Position numbers and translations under genes: made by a program
NCBI GenBank assembly: GCA_031413715.1
Contig: JANOFO010000007.1
Location: 26,338 to 90,337 of the forward strand
DNA length: 64,000 nucleotides
From: Minisyncoccota bacterium
GTDB lineage: Bacteria > Patescibacteriota > Minisyncoccia > Phycocordibacterales > UBA9973
Direction: 5' to 3'
Shown: positions 58,454 through 64,000 of the stretch, piece after piece
Layout of the letters: the number at the start of each line of letters is the position of its first letter
Position numbering within the stretch: the stretch's first letter is position 1
Notes under the pieces: model-generated
What the model was told of the DNA's origin: nothing
The model's input: only the letters and a program-made list of their open reading frames with translations
Databases searched by the model: none

Positions 58454-59632
58454 TCATATCATTTTACGCATTACACCTATAGCTTCGATCATGAGAAATG
58501 GATCGCAGGTACCATCCTTTACACTACACATATTGAGGAATTCTGGACCTTCAAGTATAACAACCGTACACTTGTGCTCAGCGACCATAGACTGGATGTA
58601 TGGTTCATCACGGATGACATTTACAAACCAGTTTCGTATATCAGAGTCGGCAGTTAGAAATATCGTTCCTGGTAATGTCAGTGTATGGGGCAATGTGCCG
58701 ATACATGCTCGAAAAGCTTCACCCCAAGAATTCTCAATCGAGAGGAAAAGTGGTTCTACTTTTTTCTTACGCTTATCTGAGAGTGCTTCGGTAGTGTAGA
58801 GGTTGAAAAGCTCTACCGCATCTCTGAGCTCTATATCAAGTTTAGTACACATGTATTTGAAAAAGGTGTTCTTACCAAACGGAAATGAGAGTGATGCTTT
58901 CATAATACCTTTAGTAATAATCGCAACATCAGTGACCTCACCACCGATATCAAGCAAGAGATAGGAATCTGGTACAACATAGCGATCACGAACCGCTAAA
59001 AATGATGACATGACGAACGACGAAAATGAAACGGGAATATGGTGAAAAATATTCGACAGAGTTTTACGGATTTTATCCGTGCATAGCTTTGGCGAGAGTG
59101 ATATAACCATATGCATCTCGACAGAGCGACTGCGCTTACCGATCGGATCATCAACAAGGTAGCCATTGAGTGTCACGCCCATGATATGGTGCTCAATTAT
59201 CTCTGGTGTACTTTTTGCAGACCCATATTTTGCTTCGTATGAGGTATTAAGGGTAATAATTTCTTTCTCAAGGAGTTCATCGGCGATTTTCTTGGTAAAC
59301 ATAAATGAGTGGTCACGGGCCATTTTGATAACTCGAGTTTCAGACAGATACCATGGTGACGCAAGCACACAGACGATATCATCAGGTGCGCCGACTTTGC
59401 CTTCATAAAGTGCTTTGGCGGTAATCTCAAGAGCTTTTATCATGTCTTCGATGAATACTTTAAAATCAAGTTCTTCACGGACAATAACCTCGGTCCGTGA
59501 AGACTTTATAATTGTCGGTATACCTTTGCCGTCTGTAGGAACACGGACAATTGCTCCGCCGACAGAGCCTGAGCCGATATCGAAAATAGCCACAATGCGT
59601 TCTTTTTTTGTTTGTTTAAGCATAAATGCCAT
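58454..59632 (-). CDS. Divergent FtsA/PilM-like actin-fold ATPase
   Basis: Phosphate-1 AIFDIGSGSV and phosphate-2 LLDIGGEVTDV motifs, SFPFG. Confidence 0.7.
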   Translation of the reverse strand: MAFMLKQTKKERIVAIFDIGSGSVGGAIVRVPTDGKGIPTIIKSSRTEVIVREELDFKVFIEDMIKALEITAKALYEGKVGAPDDIVCVLASPWYLSETRVIKMARDHSFMFTKKIADELLEKEIITLNTSYEAKYGSAKSTPEIIEHHIMGVTLNGYLVDDPIGKRSRSVEMHMVISLSPKLCTDKIRKTLSNIFHHIPVSFSSFVMSSFLAVRDRYVVPDSYLLLDIGGEVTDVAIITKGIMKASLSFPFGKNTFFKYMCTKLDIELRDAVELFNLYTTEALSDKRKKKVEPLFLSIENSWGEAFRACIGTLPHTLTLPGTIFLTADSDIRNWFVNVIRDEPYIQSMVAEHKCTVVILEGPEFLNMCSVKDGTCDPFLMIEAIGVMRKMI

Positions 59633-59675
59633 ATTGCATTCATTATACTACAATTTCACAAAATTTAGGAAAATT

Positions 59676-61433
59676 TTATTCAAGTATTGCTTTTATACGG
59701 CGAATGCCTTGTGCAACAGCTTCTTCCTTTTGAATTTTAAAATGACCAAGTTCGGAGGTGTTTGAAACATGAGGTCCGCCACAGAATTCTTTTGATATTG
59801 CATTACCATTTTTATCTTCAATCATATAGACAGAAACAATTTCTGGATATTTTGCTCCGAATTCCATCTCAGCACCGAGTTTCTCAGCCTCCAGAAGAGG
59901 CATTTCCTTCCGGACAACATTTAATCCTTCCGCAATTTTTGTGTTTACCCAATCTTCCAACAATTTCTTCTCTTCATCAGTAAGCTTATGGTCACACAAA
60001 AAATCGATACGTAATCGTTCTTCAGTAATATTACTTCCTCTCTGTTTTATTTCTGGACTAATCACTGATTGGAGCGCAGCAAGGAGCAAGTGATGCGCGG
60101 TATGAAGTTTGATCGTCTTTTCATTGTGATTTGCAAGTCCACCCTTAAACATGCCCGTAGACGCAGTTTGAGAGAGTCTTTGATGCTCGGCCATTTGGAC
60201 ATCAAATTTTTCCCTGTCTATAATTATCCCTTTCTCTTTTGCTAATTCTTCTGTCAATTCAATCGGGAATCCGTATGTAGTAGCAAGAATGAATGGATCT
60301 ATTCCTTTTTCAAATTCCTTAAGACCTTGAACGAGAGTATTTTTAAATTTTTCTTCCTCTAAAGAAAAAGTGGATTGTATATCAACTTGTTTCAAATTCA
60401 GATAAATTGTTGAATATACATCAATAAAATGTTTTAGAATATTTACAGTTAACACAGTGTGACTCTTAATAAGCTTCATTTTAAAAACTGCTCGACGAAT
60501 CAATCTGCGTAAGACATATCCTTGATCTTTATTTCCTGGGATAACGCCATCAGAAATTAGAAATGTGGCACTTCTAAGATGATCCGCGATAATTCTAGCT
60601 GACTTTTCATTATAATTTTCTGAACTCTCCTTTATCATGCCCATTATTGATGAAAAAATATCAGTCTCGTATATACTTTGTTTACCTTGAACTACTGTAA
60701 CCACTCTTTCCAATCCTGATCCCGTATCTACATTATTCTTTGGGAGCTTATTTACAACTTTTCCATTCTCTTGTTTGTAGACCATGAAAACGTCGTTCCA
60801 AATCTCGACAACTTCTTGGCTATCTTCGGCTTTTTCAAATCTCTCCTGATTGATATCACCAAGCGTCCCAGTTAGATCATAAAACATTTCAGTTGAAGGA
60901 CCCGCAGGTGAATTTAATCCAGCGCTCCACCAATTTGACTTAGAACTTTTATAATAAATTCTATGTTCTGGTATACCTAAAGATTTCCAAATTTCCACTG
61001 ATTCCATATCTCTTTCAACGTCATCACTTCCACCAAATACAGTAATATAAAGACGAGATACGTCTAACCCTAAACCTTTATCACCTTCGAGATTATTATC
61101 TCCGTTTGTCAGAAATTCATAACTCCATTTTATTGCATCATCTTTAAAATAATCTCCGAGAGACCAGTTGCCCAGCATCTCAAAAAAAGTTAGATGGGTA
61201 TTGTCCCCAATTTCATCCAGATCAACAGTTCGTAGACACTTTTGATAATTAACAAGCCGAGTACCTTGAGGATGATCTTTACCTAAAAGGTAGGGCATCA
61301 ACGGTTGCATGCCTGCCGTATTAAAAAGAACAGAGGGGTCATTCTCAGGTACAAGCGACGCGGAAGGTATTATTTTATGGCCACGCTTTTCAAAAAAAGC
61401 TAGAAATCGTTTACGTATTTCGTTAGATTGCAT
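59676..61433 (-). CDS. alaS: Alanine-tRNA ligase, short form without C-Ala domain
   Basis: LFNTAGMQP, HLTFFEMLGNWS, DTGSGLER, HTAHHLL, EFCGGPHV; ends at GIRRIKAILE. Confidence 0.96.
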   Translation of the reverse strand: MQSNEIRKRFLAFFEKRGHKIIPSASLVPENDPSVLFNTAGMQPLMPYLLGKDHPQGTRLVNYQKCLRTVDLDEIGDNTHLTFFEMLGNWSLGDYFKDDAIKWSYEFLTNGDNNLEGDKGLGLDVSRLYITVFGGSDDVERDMESVEIWKSLGIPEHRIYYKSSKSNWWSAGLNSPAGPSTEMFYDLTGTLGDINQERFEKAEDSQEVVEIWNDVFMVYKQENGKVVNKLPKNNVDTGSGLERVVTVVQGKQSIYETDIFSSIMGMIKESSENYNEKSARIIADHLRSATFLISDGVIPGNKDQGYVLRRLIRRAVFKMKLIKSHTVLTVNILKHFIDVYSTIYLNLKQVDIQSTFSLEEEKFKNTLVQGLKEFEKGIDPFILATTYGFPIELTEELAKEKGIIIDREKFDVQMAEHQRLSQTASTGMFKGGLANHNEKTIKLHTAHHLLLAALQSVISPEIKQRGSNITEERLRIDFLCDHKLTDEEKKLLEDWVNTKIAEGLNVVRKEMPLLEAEKLGAEMEFGAKYPEIVSVYMIEDKNGNAISKEFCGGPHVSNTSELGHFKIQKEEAVAQGIRRIKAILE

Positions 61434-61494
61434 ACACCTATACTATACCAAAAGGCTTCAACAGAAAAGCCCTCTAATAGAGCCTTCTCTGAAT

Positions 61495-61974
61495 TTAATT
61501 TGCATCCGTATGAGACTCTTGAACAAATTTGGATTTCTTGAGATGTTCTTCGAGGAACCACAATACAATAAATATGAAGAGTGTCAGTACAGTAGTAATA
61601 ACTGCGAGTCTATAGAGTCCTAATCCAGAAGCCATTCCAATACCAGCCGAAACCCAAAGACCCGTAGCAGTGGTAAGTCCCATCAGTTTATTATCTTTTG
61701 TAAAAATTAACCCTGTACCGATAAATCCAACACCGACAATTATTTGAGCCACAATATGAAGAGGGTTCATACCAGGTATGCCTATATATGCTTTAACCAT
61801 TTCTTCCGATACCAAAACGAATAGAGCCGAGCCCATAGATACAAGTGCGTAAGTGCGCATGCCAGCAGTCTTGTGCGCCCAAACTCGCTCCGTACCGATA
61901 ATCATACCCAGGAACAATGCGACAAACAGAGGTAATATAATATCCAATGTCGCTTGATTAAATATGTTTTCCAT
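61495..61974 (-). CDS. MgtC/SapB-family membrane protein
   Basis: IGTER, AGMRTYALVSMG, AQIIVGVGFIG, GLTTATGLW; start at MENIF. Confidence 0.88.
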   Translation of the reverse strand: MENIFNQATLDIILPLFVALFLGMIIGTERVWAHKTAGMRTYALVSMGSALFVLVSEEMVKAYIGIPGMNPLHIVAQIIVGVGFIGTGLIFTKDNKLMGLTTATGLWVSAGIGMASGLGLYRLAVITTVLTLFIFIVLWFLEEHLKKSKFVQESHTDAN

Positions 61975-61995
61975 AAAAGTCATTATACCAAAGAT

Positions 61996-63063
61996 TTAAA
62001 TAACCACACCACCACCTATGCACATATCTTTATCATAGACTACTATAGATTGACCAGGCGAAACAACTACAGACTTATCAAATACAACCGATGAGTTTTC
62101 GATTTTGCATGACAGAAATTCTCCATGATATCTAATCTGAGCCGTATATGATTTACCTGCCTCAGGAATCCTTGAAATCCAGTTCGTATTTTTTATTCCC
62201 ACCACACAGGATGATCCTGTGTGATAATTAATAAGTATCTTATTTTGCGAGACTGTTAGCGTATTTTCTTCCATATTTTTAAGTACAATATAGAGAGGAA
62301 CATTAAAGACAGAATGCTTTGTGATTGTAAATCCATGCCTCTCACCGAGTGTAAAAAATACCGCGCCATCATGATAGCCGATGACTTTGCCATCTTCATC
62401 CAGCACATCGCCTCGCTTTGATTGAATATAGTGCGACAGAAAATCTTTCATATCAAGAGGGCCCAGGAAGCATACACCTTGACTATCTTTTTTCATAGCA
62501 GTCGGCAATTTATATTTTTCTGCCACAAGTCGGACTTGTAATTTTTGTAAATGTCCGATAGGAAAAAGTGTATGAGATAGATCGTCTTGGGTAAGAGTCC
62601 AGAGGAAATATGATTGATCCTTACTTTCATCTTTGGCTTTCTTTAATTCATAATTATTAATTTTTAATTCGTAATTATTTTTTGCATAATGACCTGTCGC
62701 TATAAAATCTGCACCATGACCTTTAGCAAAATTCCAAAACACACCAAACTTTACTTCTCGATTGCACATGACATCCGGATTCGGTGTATTGCCTTTCTTA
62801 TATTCTTCTATCATATAGTCTGCCACTCCCTTCTTATATGCTTCCTCAGCGTCACACTCAAGAAATGGAATGCCAAGATGAGCACACACACGCATAGCAT
62901 CCCGACGCTCATCACGCCATGTACACTCTATAAAATCCGGCTGCCATGTACGAATAAAAACCCCGACGACATTGTAGCCTTGATCTTTAAGTAAGGCTGC
63001 GGAAACAGATGAATCCACTCCGCCAGACACGCCGACAAACACAGTTTTTTTATTTTTCTTCAT
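61996..63063 (-). CDS. mnmA: tRNA 2-thiouridylase
   Basis: SGGVDSS, TPNPDVMCN, ATGHY, KDQSYFL, DSQGVCF, PGQ. Confidence 0.96.
   Translation of the reverse strand: MKKNKKTVFVGVSGGVDSSVSAALLKDQGYNVVGVFIRTWQPDFIECTWRDERRDAMRVCAHLGIPFLECDAEEAYKKGVADYMIEEYKKGNTPNPDVMCNREVKFGVFWNFAKGHGADFIATGHYAKNNYELKINNYELKKAKDESKDQSYFLWTLTQDDLSHTLFPIGHLQKLQVRLVAEKYKLPTAMKKDSQGVCFLGPLDMKDFLSHYIQSKRGDVLDEDGKVIGYHDGAVFFTLGERHGFTITKHSVFNVPLYIVLKNMEENTLTVSQNKILINYHTGSSCVVGIKNTNWISRIPEAGKSYTAQIRYHGEFLSCKIENSSVVFDKSVVVSPGQSIVVYDKDMCIGGGVVI
62642..62676. repeat. 7-bp tandem repeat (5 units, NNTAATT) inside mnmA
   Basis: tttaatt cataatt attaatt tttaatt cgtaatt, encoding NYELKINNYELK. Confidence 0.65.
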
Positions 63064-63739
63064 GATGAAGATGATCTTTATTGTGCAACGAATGTTTCTT
63101 CTTTTTCACTATCTTCCAAAAGATATATGCAAAAAGTAGTCCGGTTAATACTATTGAGAAGTAAAAGATCATGGTGCTTTTAAAATTATCAAAATCGAGC
63201 TCTTTAAAAACAAAATAGAGTACCGTCATTGGGATAAGCGTCAGAACAGCAGTATAACTGATGTATTTTTTAAAGGATATTTTTGTAAGTCCTAAAGCAT
63301 AGCTTATATAATCAAAAAAGTAGTAGCCTAATGTTCTACCTATGACAAGCAGTGTTCTCTCATGAATATGAGCAATCTCGTCAATTTCAAGCATAGTTTT
63401 TTTACCAACGAGTTTGATAACAACTTTCCTTCCCCATCTTCGAGCAATAAAGAAGGAAGCAGTAGCACTGATCATACTGACACAGTAAAACAGGATAAGA
63501 ATTGACTCATATCCATACAATCTGATACCAACAAAAATAAAGGCAGAACCAGATAATGGAGCAAAAACTTGTGTCGCAATTATCACGAGTCCAAGGAATA
63601 TCGGTCCGAACCATCCGAGGCGAGAAGCAGTATTTTCTAAAATCTCTTTGTCAATCGTGCTTATCAAATATATAAACGCGATCAGGGCAGAGACGAGGAG
63701 TATTCGTCCAACAATTTTTTTATAATTATGTTTTCTCAT
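63050..63739 (-). CDS. VTT/DedA (TVP38/TMEM64)-family membrane protein
   Basis: VFAPLSG, SFFIARRWGR, FDYISYALGLTKISF. Confidence 0.82.
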   Translation of the reverse strand: MRKHNYKKIVGRILLVSALIAFIYLISTIDKEILENTASRLGWFGPIFLGLVIIATQVFAPLSGSAFIFVGIRLYGYESILILFYCVSMISATASFFIARRWGRKVVIKLVGKKTMLEIDEIAHIHERTLLVIGRTLGYYFFDYISYALGLTKISFKKYISYTAVLTLIPMTVLYFVFKELDFDNFKSTMIFYFSIVLTGLLFAYIFWKIVKKKKHSLHNKDHLHHEEK

Positions 63740-63757
63740 AAAAATATTATGTGCTTT

Positions 63758-64000
63758 TTAACTTCTTACCCATCTCGCAAATATACCACATGGAAGCAAT
63801 CGTTCGGTGTTGCTCTCTTGTATTGTAAGCTCTCCAATTTCTATTGTTCCTTTCTGATTCTTCATCATATCAATGAGATTATTTTGATACGCAATCGCCG
63901 AATAGCCAGCGGTATAGCCATTTATGAGAACAAAGAGTGGTTTATCAGATAGTATTTCTTGACATAATTTCATTAATTCTAAAAAATGCTCTTCAATCTT
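63758..64000 (-). CDS. C-terminal part of a class I SAM methyltransferase (RlmI-like), runs off the window end
   Basis: KIEEHFLELMKLCQEILSDKPLFVLINGY...GELTI...LLPCGIFARW. Confidence 0.6.
   Translation of the reverse strand, partial: KIEEHFLELMKLCQEILSDKPLFVLINGYTAGYSAIAYQNNLIDMMKNQKGTIEIGELTIQESNTERLLPCGIFARWVRS

Noticed and set aside
59676-61433. alaS as a truncated pseudogene
   Set aside because: Aminoacylation and editing motifs are intact and it ends cleanly after the editing domain; short AlaRS forms are known in reduced genomes.
69-63952. Many 60-170 aa ORFs antisense to or out of frame within recognised genes (for example 69-434, 9390-9866, 48427-48915, 53863-54378, 51257-51613)
   Set aside because: Shadow ORFs of real genes with no motifs; 800-1012 and 904-1326 overlap atpZ, tRNA-Ile or the RRM gene.
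1-64000. Alternative genetic code (UGA=Gly, as in Gracilibacteria/SR1)
   Set aside because: Conserved genes are full length under code 11, and some end at TGA (for example rpiB and the transglycosylase).

Overview
AT-rich, gene-dense chromosomal window, mostly coded on the minus strand. Gene content and style point to a Candidate Phyla Radiation (Patescibacteria/Parcubacteria-like) bacterium; this is an inference from the split transketolase, short AlaRS, archaeal-type AspRS, coiled-coil murein hydrolases, PaaX-like regulator and tRNAs without encoded CCA. Housekeeping blocks: atpZ-atpB, tRNA-Ile, prfA, rpmE, rplY; a sugar-phosphate cluster (gap, rpiB, rpe, split transketolase, fba, PfkB kinase); gatB, tRNA-Leu, gltX, murG-ftsW-mraY, scpAB, aspS, trpS, dnaB-recR, rplU, corA-cysS; grpE/dnaK/dnaJ; rpmJ..rpsI, infA, alaS, mnmA. 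Two accessory biosynthetic blocks each include a SET-domain gene. The first is guaB-purA-guaA-SET, preceded by a promoter-hairpin-terminator non-coding unit. The second is an ~8.4 kb island between cysS and dnaJ: speA - deoxyhypusine-synthase-like - aguB - aguA - membrane protein - SET - microprotein - membrane sensor kinase, plus a divergent class I methyltransferase. It is the best candidate for an undescribed system (homospermidine-type polyamine synthesis, possibly with methylation and sensing). Genome-level patterns read directly from the DNA: apparently leaderless promoters in front of many genes, GC-rich palindromes sitting in frame inside proteins, degenerate 7-bp tandem repeats, and four unannotated microproteins. 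No CRISPR array, rRNA or transposase was seen. All assignments come from motif recognition by eye, with no database search.
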